Assembly: GCA_040437565.1 (NCBI GenBank)
Contig: JBDOQK010000029.1
Coordinates: forward strand, 1 to 64,000
Source: Albugo candida
Lineage: Eukaryota
Reading direction: 5' to 3'
Length of the DNA stretch: 64,000 nucleotides
Shown: positions 51,623 to 64,000 of the stretch, in pieces
How the letters are laid out: each line of letters opens with the position of its first letter
How positions within the stretch are numbered: position 1 is the first letter of the stretch
Program-made: the position numbers and the translations under genes
The notes under the pieces: model-generated
What the model was told of the DNA's origin: nothing
The model's input: only the letters and a program-made list of their open reading frames with translations
Databases searched by the model: none

Positions 51623-54600
51623 ATGGTGAGCATAGAAAAACATCACGGCGTTCGCGCTTTGTGTCCACCTGAATGCTCACAAAACGGAGAAAACATTTCT
51701 GAAACACTCAGGCGAACAATTGTAAATCCAATACTGCACATTGAAAATGGCTTTGAAGTGTCTGGTATAGTGACACAGAAAGAACAGTTCGAAGTGGCAT
51801 GCTTACTTCTTTGCGCATTGCCAAACTGCCTGAAGGTAAATTCTCACCGGAATGAACACACATCCATGTTGTTGAATGCTTGATTTTAGATTGCGAACAT
51901 TGAAACCCCGGAAGTCCTCTCTAATGCACTCAATTTACCGAATCTTGTGTCGAAACCAAAGCTGATCGAGGATACAGAAGCACTGGTTGATATTCTTCGA
52001 AGAGAGAAGCCCAAATGTATTCTACTAGTCGAATGTGAACTTCCCATTTGGGATGTTGATACCGTGACCATAAAACACATACAAACCAGTGATGTACTCG
52101 AAGAAGAGTTATCAACGCTGAAACATAGAGACAGCATACGTGCTGTGCTGGATACGCTTGATATCAGCCTCGATATTCCGATCATAGTGGGTTCAAAAAG
52201 TGTACAGCGTGCCGCTGTGATTGCAGCGGCCATACTTTCGCTTGAGTGTCAGAACGTGTCACTGTGCACTTTCAAATTGGATGAAAGGAGTTTGAAGTGG
52301 GTTGTTGATGCTCAGCCCGGACTCGTTGAACTACGCGATAACTCTTTTGATGTATCACCGATTGATTCGTGTGTAGAGGTTGATGAGGGTATTAATGTAG
52401 ACTTGAAAAAGACAATGCAAGCTTACGAGGCACTTTTTAGTGGCACAAGTACCGGAAAGCTTCCCTCGACTGATTACATCGAGCTTGATCTCGATGCTGC
52501 AAGACCCTGTTGGAATTCAAGCACGAAGAGATTGTTTTTTGAAATGCCCAGCGCGTTGTCACGCAATCAGTTCTTACAAATAACAAATAACATACTTTGT
52601 TATGCGTCCTTTGCTTTGGCACCATTTGGCTTACCAGACCTTATTCGAAAGCGATACACATGTGCGGAATTCCTATCCCAGACTCAAGTTCTCGTACAGG
52701 ACATACTTGAGGTCTGNNNNNNNNNNNNNNNNNNNNNNNNNNNNNNNNNNNNNNNNNNNNNNNNNNNNNNNNNNNNNNNNNNNNNNNNNNNNNNNNNNNN
52801 NNNNNNNNNNNNNNNNTGTTCTGACGTTGCTTATGAAGAATTTGGTGTCGATGAAACGTCAATGGCACTGAGTTTGCATAAATGGACCGAAGAAGTGCGT
52901 GATCCCGAATGCATAGAACAAATCAAAGCAATTGGTCGGCTGGCGCAAACCCTATTTGAATTACCTAGAGTAGTGGAAATCCCTCTACATCTGACCAGCC
53001 AGGACACAAGCTCATTTTTGGAAAAGCTTTATAAAGAACTCAAGTCTAGAATTCATGTGGCATGTCCTTGGGCTCTACATTTGCCTTTTGACAGGGACGG
53101 TCCAAATGCATGTCTGGGAGCCGAGCACACATCCAAAGATGAGGAAGACGAGTGGAAATGTATGTACGCAGGCGTTGCGCATTCTCTATTGTATATTCCT
53201 CAGAAAAAGAATCAAAGCTTGCAGAAACTTAGCAGTCTACAACAGAGAACACTGATACAAGTTGTTGCAGAATCTGCACAGAGTATTTTCAAAACAGGAT
53301 ACGCCGTTAGTATGGTCCAAGTACAAGCTCTGATTGAGGCAACACAAGGAAACGACGAACAAGGGACAATACGGACGGGCGAATCGAAGTATTCATTTTA
53401 TGCAGTGATACATACATTATCGAGCTCACTTGAAGCAGAAGAAGTTGATTTTAGACTCAGAGAAAATACATCACACTTTGTGGAACAAGGTGACATGTTG
53501 TATCACTCAAAAAACTACGACGAAGCAATATTACGTTACTCTGAGGCTTTATTAGAGCTTCCATTATTTCACAGCATGTCATGTAAAGCGATTGTTGGTA
53601 AAGCTAAATGTTTCTTTAAGAAAGGCGATACATCAATCGCTGAGGAACTATGTCGGGTCAGCCTTCAGCTCGATCAGTTTGACAATGGAGCTTACGATTG
53701 CTTGGCTGGAATATGTGAAGAATCAAACGATTACAGCAATGCTTTGCAAAATTATGTTCTGTCCTTCGTTGTACAGGGATCACGTTCGCTCGAAGCCGCA
53801 GATTCAATTGATCGCGTTGCAAAATTGATTGGAAGACACACCGCCAGAACATATTTTGACGAGATGCAAAAAGATTCTCGGTTGCCTGCTTCTTGGTTGG
53901 TGGCTAGCTATTTTGAAGCGTTTGTACATGATATTGATTACGGGATCGCTCTGCATATTGAAGTAAGCAAGCATCTGGACATTGAGTCAAATGCTCTGAG
54001 CACAGAAATGCTGTATCATCGAGCCATTTTTAACAAAAGGAATCAACATTATGACAAGGCGTATAGTGATGTTCAAGCAATCATAACACGAGAGATGGCT
54101 GACGATATGAAGGCCTCTGTATTGAATTTGCATTCCTCATTTTTGTACATCGTAGGGGATGTTAACGCCGCCATCGATACAATAGAACAAAGTCTGGAAA
54201 TCAACGTATGTGTAAACTCATTGATCAAAAAAGCAGCTTTCATGTCGGAACTAGGTGATTTTGAAGAAGCATATAGATTATGTGATGAAGCACTTCTTCT
54301 TGACCCTACATCACCAGATGCGTGCCTCCACAAAGGTCAAACTGCTCTTCTTCAGGGGGATTACTTGAAGGCTGTGGAGTGGCTTCGACGCGCGATGGCC
54401 AGGTCACTGGCAATACCCATCGTATATGTCATTTACGCAACTGCCCTATATCGTAGTGGTTCCGCTCCTCAAGCTAACGATACATTTCACGAAGCTTGTG
54501 CTTTGTTCTCGACTTCGGTGGAGGTGCATCTATTTTACGGGGAAGTACTTGCTGATCAAGGAAATTACGCTCAAGCAATGCAGCATTTTGTCCAGGCACA

Positions 54601-54928
54601 CAATATCTTGCCTGATTGTCCCTTGCCTTTTTTGAATGCTGGAAGAGTATATGTGGCAACAAACAATCCTCTTCGTGCAGTTGAACACTTTAATCAGGCG
54701 CTCATAGTGGACGCGCGTTGTAGCTCAGCGCACTTGGATATTGCCCAGGTTCTTTTTGCTCAAGGCAAAACAGCACAAGCTTTTCATCATTTTGATGTGG
54801 CTGTAGAATGCTGTCGATTCCTTCCAGAGATTGAGGAAGTGTACTCAAGTCGTGCAGTGGCCAGCGCTCAACTTAAGGCCACCGATATACTTGGGGTGGA
54901 CCTACGCCATATGATGCGACAAAAATGA
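51623..54928 (+). CDS. TPR-repeat protein with Tom70-like C-terminal half and long unique N-terminal region; spans a gap
   Basis: TPRs from GDMLYHSKNYDEAILRYSEAL onward. LPASWLVASYFEAF, LNLHSSFLYIVGD, NSLIKKA and DPTSPDACLHKGQ resemble Tom70. Intron ~51836-51889; start codon uncertain; N gap 52717-52816. Confidence 0.7.
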
Positions 54929-55086
54929 TCGCAAATAAAGTCAATAAATGAACAAACAAGCTATTTCATTTCTGAAAAAGCTTCTTGAAAAAAGCAAGCA
55001 GCAGTGTGCTTGATTCGGCTGACGCGCTGACTCCTGACGTGTAGACAATAACGAAAAGCGCAAGATTCAAGACTTGCAATTCACGC

Positions 55087-56256
55087 ATGGGTAAGAAATC
55101 TATAAGCCTTGGCTACCTTCAGCGACAATTTGTCAAACACGAGAAGAGCGAGCTCCGTTTCGTGCTGAATATAAGGTTGCTGCTAATCGTGACTTTGGCT
55201 GAAATGCTTTCAGTGACAGCTGACACGAACACAAAGTTTACAAAGTCTTCAAGACATGCTGAACAGTCTGAGAAACGGAAAGCTTACTGGATTGAAAGAA
55301 AAAAGAAAAAGAAACTTAATCGCCTAAGAAATGGAGCAGTTCCTACGGTTCTAGACATGAGTGACGAAATGGTACTATATCGAAGAGAGAAACAACTTGC
55401 ACGCCGGGAGAGATTTTCCATGGCATTGGCAGAAGGACCTCAAGTTGTGATCGATTGTGGATTTGAAGATCTACTCACAGACAAGGAAAAAAAGAGCCTC
55501 GCCCAACAAATTATGTAATTATCGTCATACAGAAACCACCAAAGTAACTATGAACTCTATGTCAGGTTCTCCTATGGAGTCAACCGTCGGAGTGAGACAC
55601 CCTTGAAGTTGTTATCGCTCTATAACTCTTGTCATTCAGCAAAGTTGTACTTATTTTTTGTGAACAGTGTCATGATTACATCACTCAGAGGAACGACCTT
55701 CGCTGCACTCAGTAATATCACCGGTTTCAACGCCTGGCAATCAGTAATTTCTTAATTTGATCATTGAGGATGAGTCCTAACGTCTCGATAAACCAGTTTC
55801 AGCCGTGGACAGAATGCTATACAAGTTTGTTCAGGACGGAAGCACTTATATATCTGACTGCGGACTCACCAAATATTTTATCGACACTATCCAGAGACAA
55901 GGTATGTAGAGTGTATGGGTATTCTTGCAGTATGGGCATATAAAATCCAACAGGTTTATATTATAGGGGGTATTGTCGATCGCAATCGCTTGAAAGGTGC
56001 GACATATGAGAAAGCAAGTGCTCAAATGATAGCAACAGCACGTCTTCCACTCCAAGAGTTTGTGGATATGGGTGCATATACACGTGTTTTGACCGTCAAT
56101 CATGGTAAAAACCATAAGCTTGAATTCTCTAGAGCAACGTTGTAACCGTGTGCATGCTAAGTCTTTGCAATATTGGTTTACTTTGCACAGCTACACGACT
56201 GGAAAGAAGCAGCGCTGAAGGCACTTCCATCGAGAAAAGTATCTGCACCGAAATGA
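55087..56256 (+). CDS. TRM10: tRNA (guanine(9)-N1)-methyltransferase TRM10, multi-exon
   Basis: VVIDCGFEDL...SLAQQIM/FSYGVNRR, IYLTADSPN, VYIIGGIVDRNRLKG, TARLPL, VLTVNH, DWKEA..ALPSRK; stop at 56254-56256. Start may be 55204. Confidence 0.92.
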
Positions 56257-56739
56257 GTTAAGACACTTTAAAGTCTAGATAACATCCTTACGAGCTCAAA
56301 AAATATAATAGGATTCTTCTAGATTGCATTCTCGAACGGATATAGCTGATTTGAACTTCGAGATAATGTGCACTGTCGTATCATTACATGGAACTTCATT
56401 GCATGAGATGAGTTTTGAGGGAGGCAACACTTCATACATATATGTTTGACTAAGAAAAAATTCAATTCGCAATTCAATGTCACGATGGTACATACTCACT
56501 CCCCAAAAACTGCGTTGTACACAATTTCTAGACACATCTTGCTAGACATATCTGATTAGTCGAAGATCGAGACAGACGCTGTGTGCTACAACAACCAAAA
56601 CACCTTTTTCAATCTAATTTCTGGCAAAATACTCGTTATTAATCAAAGCATGCTGATCAAAAGTATGTTTGTTACCAAGTAGATAATTTGGTTCTCTAGA
56701 ATTGGTGGTCTGATAAAATAGACGTATTCATCCAAGAAT

Positions 56740-57686
56740 TCAGTCATCCAGATGAAGCAGGCACCGCAGAGAAATTTCTCGGGTGCCTAAATGGTCGGTT
56801 ATAAATCTTCTTGATGTTATCGAGCGTAACCTGATGAAGTGCGAAGTTGTACATTATACGAGCAAGATTGTCTATAGAATTGTACCGCCCTTTTTTGTTC
56901 ATGATGCAAGCCATAAATCTTCTACTGAACTTCATCGCAAATAGCACTCGTGAATTATCAGAACCCTTCGATATTGCTTGCCAACCTCTTTCCAATGCTT
57001 TCTTCAAATTTCTCTATTTTCAGGTAAGTCCGGTCCGCCAGATGCAAGTTAGGCATGTCTACCGGGTTAAATTGGTTGAATCTCACCTAAACTATCTGAC
57101 TCGCTGACTCGGGCACAGTCTCCTCGAGACATTGAGAACCTTTTGAAGCCAAATTTCACTCTGATCGCACTAAGAATGCCGCAATCAAGCTTCAGAAGAG
57201 TGCGCTTCGCTCACTTAGGATATGGAAGTCGTCTTCAGCATGTCGATGTCACCATTTTAAATCTTGGTTAAATTTGATTTCTCGTATTCGATTTCGTGCT
57301 CGCAGTGTGAGGGTGAAGTTTGGGTATTCAGAAGACTTCACATTGACAATATACTGATATGTACTTCTTAAAATTGCTGAAATAGTAGGACAAGTAGCAC
57401 CCCACCTGAAGTGGCCGATATGCGTCAAATGATAGCTTGGTAGGTTAGTCAATGTCATATTGTCACTGGATTCAATGGGAAGATATAATTCATGATGTAC
57501 TAAAAATTCCACGTCGCTAAATCCAATGTATGCTCTCTAGATCCATGGGTTTATCACAGAACAACAAATATTGGCGCAGCTCCCCTGTAACGCAGTAAGG
57601 CTTTTACCAGTCACAGTCACACGTACAATTGAAACCGCTGATGTTGTACTCAGTATAGAGATGGATACGATTTGGCTTAAGCACAT
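56740..57686 (-). pseudogene. Possible decayed secreted/effector-like gene
   Basis: ATG 57686 gives MCLSQIVSISILSTTSAVSIVRVTVTGKSLTALQGSCANICC...*, followed by ORF fragments 57249-57512 and 56744-57007 on the same strand, with an INR+FPR-like motif directly upstream. Confidence 0.35.
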
Positions 57687-57703
57687 GTGAAACGTCGGAA
57701 TGA
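57687..57703 (-). promoter_or_regulatory. Putative oomycete INR+FPR core promoter
   Basis: Minus strand TCATTCCGACGTTTCAC immediately precedes the ATG at 57686. Confidence 0.4.
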
Positions 57704-60114
57704 TTCATCAGTCTGATACCAGTTTGATTCATGCAGCGTTTCGAACATCATTGCCAATCTCAACGCATTGACTACCTCATACTTGGAATGTGATACTTTC
57801 GCGTCGAAGTTGCGAGACACGCTATGCGTGTATTATTGTATGATATTATCTTATAGAAACCAGACTGTATTCGCACGTGCTCGATGCTTCTCAAGAGAGC
57901 TTTCATTGAATCTATCGATCATAAATGGAAAGAAAGTCTACATGGATCCGGACGAGAGATCAAATCGTGTCGTTCACTTAAGACGACGTCATCTACTCAA
58001 TCTTGGAGATTACTAGCTGCCATCTGAATTGCTCTGAGTGACTAAAGACCTTACTCAGAAGTAATTGTAAAAATGCCTGAAGACCGGCAATTACGAGATT
58101 ACGAAGGATTCTATAGAGTGGATTGCTAGGAAGAATACCAGAAGTCAGGAATACATGAGAAGTGACTGAGTCAAGCTATGCACCCTACAGCGTCGACCTC
58201 GAAAGCGATAAGCGACAGTAAATAACATGTTGGCTGGTCTAATTTTGATAATGCACCATTGCTAACATCAAAATCTTCATTTAGAATACTTCTACCTTGG
58301 ATTACGACGTTAACTGTTGCTAAAAATGTGTTGCACATTTCGTTGCTAAATACTACCTAACGTCTTGTCAATAATAAGCTGCCTTATCACATGATGATCC
58401 TCCTATCAACGTTCATTCGTGGCGATTGCCACATTCTAAACTTTTTGTACTAATGGAATCATCGACTCCTCTCAGTCAAAGACAATGTATCACCCCCCAC
58501 CGTGCATTTGAAGTTATGAATCATTGTATCGACAATCGTACCTATAGGGATAGAAGAAAATTCTTATTCAGATTGGGACACTTCATGACCATTTATAAGT
58601 CACTCAAGGATTTTCTTGTGTGCAGAAATCTTCTTTGGTAAACCACTGTTCAAGTCTTCGTGCCTGGTATCAGACAGAACCAGCGTAATCTTTGTTGATT
58701 CTGTTGTTAGTGTGGCGGATGCTAAATACGTTGCGCTGAGGCTTATGAAGCTGGCTCGCCATTTACTTAGTTGAACGTGTAAATAACGTAGCCTAGGATA
58801 CTTGTGAACTCCTGGTAAAGATTTCCCCACGAGTTAAAGCGGACGACGTAGAGACCCCCAGAAGACTTCAAGGAAGCTGTACAAGTAGAACAGATTGTCG
58901 GCATTGACTTGTTTTTTTTTCTTTACGTGAGACAGATGGGTTCCTGCGGATGGATTTCGCAGAACACAATACGTTGTGAGATGACACGGATGATTTCTCA
59001 GAGGCTACCAATAGACTCTTTTTGAGTCAAGAAAAAGGAAAGGTTTTGGCACATCGTCCACAGCAGGTCGAGAAGGCTTCTGTAGGAAAAGTTGCGTGGA
59101 TAAAGTAATATCAGCTGGTGATTCAATAATAGGTGGTCGGTTGGATATGGATCAAGACCGAGTTAGATATGCTTTCAAAAGTAGTGTGAATGGTTGGCAA
59201 TGCTAGTTAAGAATCGAGCAGGTGCAACTCCTGATCAAAGTCTGGCAGCATCAAAAGTGTATGAAGGATTGATGTATGGATGTATAATCTAGTATATTTT
59301 GAATCAACAGTGGATTACGCAACCGCAGTGGTACATCTTTGAAATAAATAGTAGATAAGCCTACGTCTTTTAAATATATTAAAACAGATCATCAACAATG
59401 CTAATACTGTCGGTAAATATATCTCTATTTTGCTAGATGTCACTTATCAGACTTCACGATCGAGCAGCAAATGTACTTGATTAGGATGATAGAAAATGGT
59501 GATGGATTATACAGTGCAGAGAGAATCCACGAGCAGTAAAAGGGGTAGTTTGTATCCGAAAACTAGTCTGCGACACTTCTATACAGTCGTTGTCATCGTC
59601 AATGAAGACTCTATATCTTTTCCGAACACGTCATGAACGAGCTTAAACGATATCTACTGATGCGAAATGTGAAGGTCAAGACGGAGAGATGGGCAAGATA
59701 AGGAATACCTCGATTTGATATAATTTGAAGCAGTGGAGGTTCCGAGAGCAGAAAAAATCATTCTCAAGTCATTTGCTAAAGGCCTGGTAATGATGCAATT
59801 ATCATAGAGTAGATGTAAACAGCGTTTAAAGAATAACAGAACAAAAGTATAGAGCACCTACAGTCTTTTCGGAGACATGCTTAGAAGAAATGGAATCATT
59901 CAGTCGTCTACTGAGCTTCTAGCGGACTTTATGTGCCGAATCGTATAAAATTTCGTCTTTATAAAGATTCTGTTAGTCCATGAAAAGTCTTATTTTGCGA
60001 CCGAAGTATTGCGAGAATACGTTACTTAGAACATTGCTTTAAACAGTCGAATAAAAGATACCTTGATCAATCTGGTTGGATACATGCAGCCATAATACAA
60101 CAGTCAGACAAGCT

Positions 60115-60920
60115 CAGTTGAAGGTGTCTATATTACTAGAATTAGACTAACTGACTTCTCCAGTTGCCTAAGCTATCTTAAATAACATATATACACGTAT
60201 AAAAAACGTTTCGTGAAATACCTGTGAGAGATGATAATATGTCGTCTCGTTGATAATCCTGTATCGTAGTAGCCTCAGCACCCTTAATACGAGACTGTGT
60301 CCAGCTTGTAAATGCTGTAAAGTTGTAAAGTTGTGAAATTGTAAAGTTGTAAAAATGGTCCAAAGGTACCGTGTTGTGCCATTTGGTGTGCACCACACGA
60401 CTGTGAGCATAACCAGCCAACTAGGACTAGGATCCGAGTTGCACTAGCCTTCCCACTCGCCTGTGCCGGACCCGTAGCAATGATTTTCGACTTCTGAAAA
60501 ATCCATCAAATGATCCTTGCGTTGAGAGTTGCTCCAGCACCTGTGCAAGCCGAATGCGTTCCTCTTGGTCGTAACACTGTCTTCGAAAGTACCGAACGTG
60601 CGCACTNNNNNNNNNNNNNNNNNNNNNNNNNNNNNNNNNNNNNNNNNNNNNNNNNNNNNNNNNNNNNNNNNNNNNNNNNNNNNNNNNNNNNNNNNNNNNN
60701 NNNNNNGATCAATTTTGGCAAAAAACGTTGCAAACGATACGCCAACACTTTTGAAAGTACTTTTACATCGACGCAAAGCAGTGCTATCGGTCGATAGTTG
60801 CCAGGATCACCTCGTGATCCTTTTTTGTATAAAAGTGTGATTGCTGAGTGACGTTGTGATCGAAGTAAAATTCCTCTTTCCAGCTGATATTCGAACACTA
60901 TCTTCAGACACTCTAGACTG
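60115..60920 (-). mobile_element. 5'-truncated L1/Tx1-like LINE with intact RT motifs, interrupted by a gap
   Basis: ORF 60506-61030 contains ITLLYKKGSRGDPGNYRPIALLCVDVKVLSKVLAYRLQRFLPKLI, a canonical LINE RT N-terminal block. The 3' end matches 1-124. Confidence 0.9.
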
Positions 60921-60974
60921 CACGCCTCAACGGTTCCCTCTATCACCTTCGTCTCGAAGGATTTTAAGTTGAAT

Positions 60975-62440
60975 GGCTTCATTTGGATACAAAGCATCTT
61001 GAAATGGAAAGGCATCACTGATCTTGTCACAATCGCTCGGGCCTACTCCTCAATCTGCCTCTAGAGACTCGGATGTAAGGTGTTCTGCCAATACAAAATG
61101 TATTTTCCAGGCAGCAAGCACTGAAGATAGACTCTGGTAGAGAGTATCTTCCGGTTCCGATCGTTGGCGGGCACAAGCGGGTTGAAGTGTGTCAAGTGAA
61201 AATACCTGTCGTTGGTCAGCTAGATCGACATGTGGCTCCAGTCCCCGTTCTTTCACAAAAGTCGTATTGTGTCATAAGCTTCCATCCCTGATCAGCTACG
61301 ATATGGATCGCCTTCAATATGTAGTCGATCTCTTCCGGAGTCATGAAATATATGGAATACAGAACCGTGGTGAATCTCAGCTTCAAGATGATGCATCCGT
61401 GCTCCAGAGCTACATGGAACATTTTCAAGTCATGCTTATTGACACCAAGCAAATTGGGAGCATGAGGTTCAGCACGAGCACATCCGCCGCGTGTTGGCTC
61501 TTATCTTTTTGATAGAGGAACGGACTTGTTTCACAATGGCTTCCTCCAGCTCCATCATGCGTTCGTAGCCTATTTTTGTCTGTTCGGAAGGCCAAGGCTT
61601 TAAACGTCTGACACCGATAGCACAGCAAGGACCATCACTGGTCTCATCTTGAGGTATCCAGTGCTGCTGTGCCTGATCTTTGAGCATCTTTGGTCCGTTC
61701 TTTTCCGTCGAGCGATGAAGTAAATTATTCTTGACACGCGGGATGCGTAGAGTTGACGCCCTACTAGCACAAGAACACCTGATGATCCAGGTCCAGAGAA
61801 AAATTTGTGGTCCAAAAAGTATATCATATATCACGTCTTTCGACACACCTGCGCCACAGGTGGAAACAGGATTCACATCGATGGCTATGTATGGAGCTAC
61901 AGTTGCATTATCCCGAAACGGCAATGCTTCAAGTTCGTGCAAGAGTGCTGTGTTCGGATCCACATCCTTGAATACTCCTGTGACATTGAAAGCTACAGAG
62001 AACACCTCGAGCTTGAGAGGTTTACTGGCATGACCATGCAATTCAGGGCAGAGTGCGACCACATCAACACGGCCTATTTTATTGAGAGGTAATGTCGAGC
62101 TGATCTCTGTCGCCTGAATTGTTTGGAAGGAGAATCCATCCTTAGCATCCGTACAACATGGATTATTGCAAAGGTGGATCCTGACCCGGTACAATGTAAC
62201 TCGTCCTGCGCATTTTTTGAATATATATCGGCATTTACTGCTTTTGTAATCATTTTTAGGTTTCTTGACTGTCTCGATGGCTGATACGATGATTGTTGGT
62301 TTGATAAGACCGGCAATACTTTTCCCGTATCACATTCTCGACAGAGCCTAGACATCTTGCTGAAGCGGTTTACTTCGCATACAGCAAATGCTTACGACCA
62401 AATGAAGTCTCAAACAATAAATTTCGACCGACCTTCTCGG
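60975..62440 (-). pseudogene. Class V PLP aminotransferase (cysteine desulfurase-like) pseudogene, copy B
   Basis: VGRNLLFETSFGRKHLLYA (~62430), FSVAFNVTGVFKDVD...LLHELEAL..DNATVAPYIAIDVNP, the PLP-lysine block HKFFSGPGSSGVLV, and YFMTPEEIDYILKAIHIVADQGWK. Several frameshifts. Confidence 0.85.
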
Positions 62441-62779
62441 GCGAATCATGAACAGATAGAGGCAACAATAAGCATGTGCTGTATACTATTGATTTGCATT
62501 TGATACAGGGACACAACCAGCTTTCACGCTGCCCATCGAGCTTTTACATGATGTCAGCATTCTGAGTTTTGAGATTGGCTTATACAGAGGGAATCCGCCA
62601 GGACAGCGGAGCATCGATATAAAATCCAATACAAAGCTTAAGAATTATACTCCATAGTAGAGTATCGAAGGTTTTTTTGCCAAATCACTTGTTTGAAATA
62701 GAGATCATTGAGTCTACGTTCTTCATCTCAGGTCCTCGGTTCCAGCTGGCCGAATTACTTGACGCAAATAAAAAATGAG

Positions 62780-63944
62780 ACATAAGTTCCAAATTCTGAC
62801 TTCGCTTTGCAGCAACAGCAAGTGCTAATTTAGGTAAGAATAATTTCGTTATTTTTCCAATTGATGCAATCATCAGTGATACATTTTCCATGCACAAGCT
62901 TGGTGTCAAGAGATTGATAGCCTCGACTAGATTTTTTCAGCATCACTCCTGAACATTGACATCTCCGGCTTCGACGAGCTGAGCAATCTACTCTGCAAAT
63001 TTGATCTGATCTCTTTTGCGAGTTACCATGAGAGCAGTCAATCATAACTTCTGCTAGTAACTTGGCTCCATTTAGCATATTTACCGCCTCTGTGAGGTAT
63101 TGTTCTTCACACTTCGGATTACCTTTGCCACCTCTTAGAATCATATGGCACTTTTCGTTCCCTTTCGTCATCACAATTGACGCGAGTCCGTGCTTGCTTA
63201 ATCCGAGACAACTTTATTGACTGGAGGCTGCTAAAGAAGCGTCCACTCGGATTTTAATATCACCTTCTGTGCCATTTTTTGCACCTCACCGGCATTCATA
63301 AGCCAGACGTAATTTTGCGATGTAGTTGAGACGCGCCCCGATGACTCTCACGATATTTGAAGTGAAATCGTATCCAGGAACTCTGATACAACCGATACGC
63401 CTAGCGCGTTGATATCGAGCAACAACTTTGGGCCACACGAATGCCTTTATCGATCTTTGAACGATAAGTTCAAGTCCGGGTCATTGATCAATCATTTCCA
63501 TCTAATGATGTACGCGGTTTCACTTATTAATTTCGCACTGGTGTCAGCAGCTCGCCTGATAATTTTTCCTGTAAAGGTCTCAGAAGTTTAGCTATTTGCA
63601 CGAGCGAAAAGAGTAGTGAATATCGATGAGAATTCGTGCGATAAAAGCGAGTCATTACCGTACTCCATAGCTGGGCCCACGTCATCTAACGAGCATGGTC
63701 CAAAAAGCACGACTAAGCGATCGTCACCGCAGTGCACAATATCGCAAACTTGTTCTCGGGCGCCCGTAATATAAAGTCATATTATGTAGGTGCAATGTGT
63801 CGACGTGTTTCCTCTCCATTTTATGGACCGTGCGGCTAACTGGAAGGTGTTCACTCACACATGCGGTCGAGATAAGAGGTCATATAATTGTGACATAAAA
63901 TCTTCTACTATTGCACGCTTGGAAATTTTTGCATTTTCCGTCAT
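62780..63944 (-). pseudogene. Class I DAHP synthase pseudogene, near full-length, copy B
   Basis: REQVCDIVHCGDDRLVVLFGPCSLDD (~63700), KPRT...WK*LINDPDLN (~63500), EFLDTIS, TKGNEKCHMILRGGKG...VMIDCSHGNSQK and CITDDCINW. Retained intron ~63592-63658; stops and frameshifts. Confidence 0.9.
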
Positions 63945-64000
63945 CAGCCCAACAATTCGATTCCGACCAATAGTTTAGGTGTGCACAATCACTCGATGAC

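Noticed and set aside
60316..60355. Short tandem tgtaaagt-like repeat as a CRISPR or telomeric array
   Set aside because: An 8-bp imperfect microsatellite inside the LINE 3' region, with no spacers.

Overview
Eukaryotic, compact DNA with short introns (about 50-80 nt) from an oomycete. The evidence is an elicitin-like gene, flagellar genes and oomycete-type INR+FPR promoter motifs; an Albugo-like white-rust genome is my inference, not a verified assignment. The scaffold has six 100-N gaps, three flanked by exact duplications that look like assembly artefacts. Gene-dense islands encode an SCP2-like protein, ATP-type phosphofructokinase, a stand-alone DUSP11/PIR1-like RNA triphosphatase, a giant TRRAP/Tra1, an elicitin-like protein, a DIX-like + STK16-like pseudokinase, a head-to-head CFAP100 / SPEF2-like flagellar pair, a TKL kinase, TRAPPC1/Bet5, a Tom70-like TPR protein and TRM10. 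Gene-sparse intervals hold decayed LINEs (one RTE-like, three pieces of one L1/Tx1-like family), an orphan putatively secreted ORF and a decayed effector-like gene. They also hold two inverted, separately decayed copies of a DAHP synthase + class-V aminotransferase two-gene block. No CRISPR, rRNA or convincing tRNA gene is seen. I find no clearly new multi-gene system; the best leads are the duplicated metabolic pseudogene block, the DIX-pseudokinase fusion, the TRRAP Q/A repeat insert and three likely GC-AG introns.
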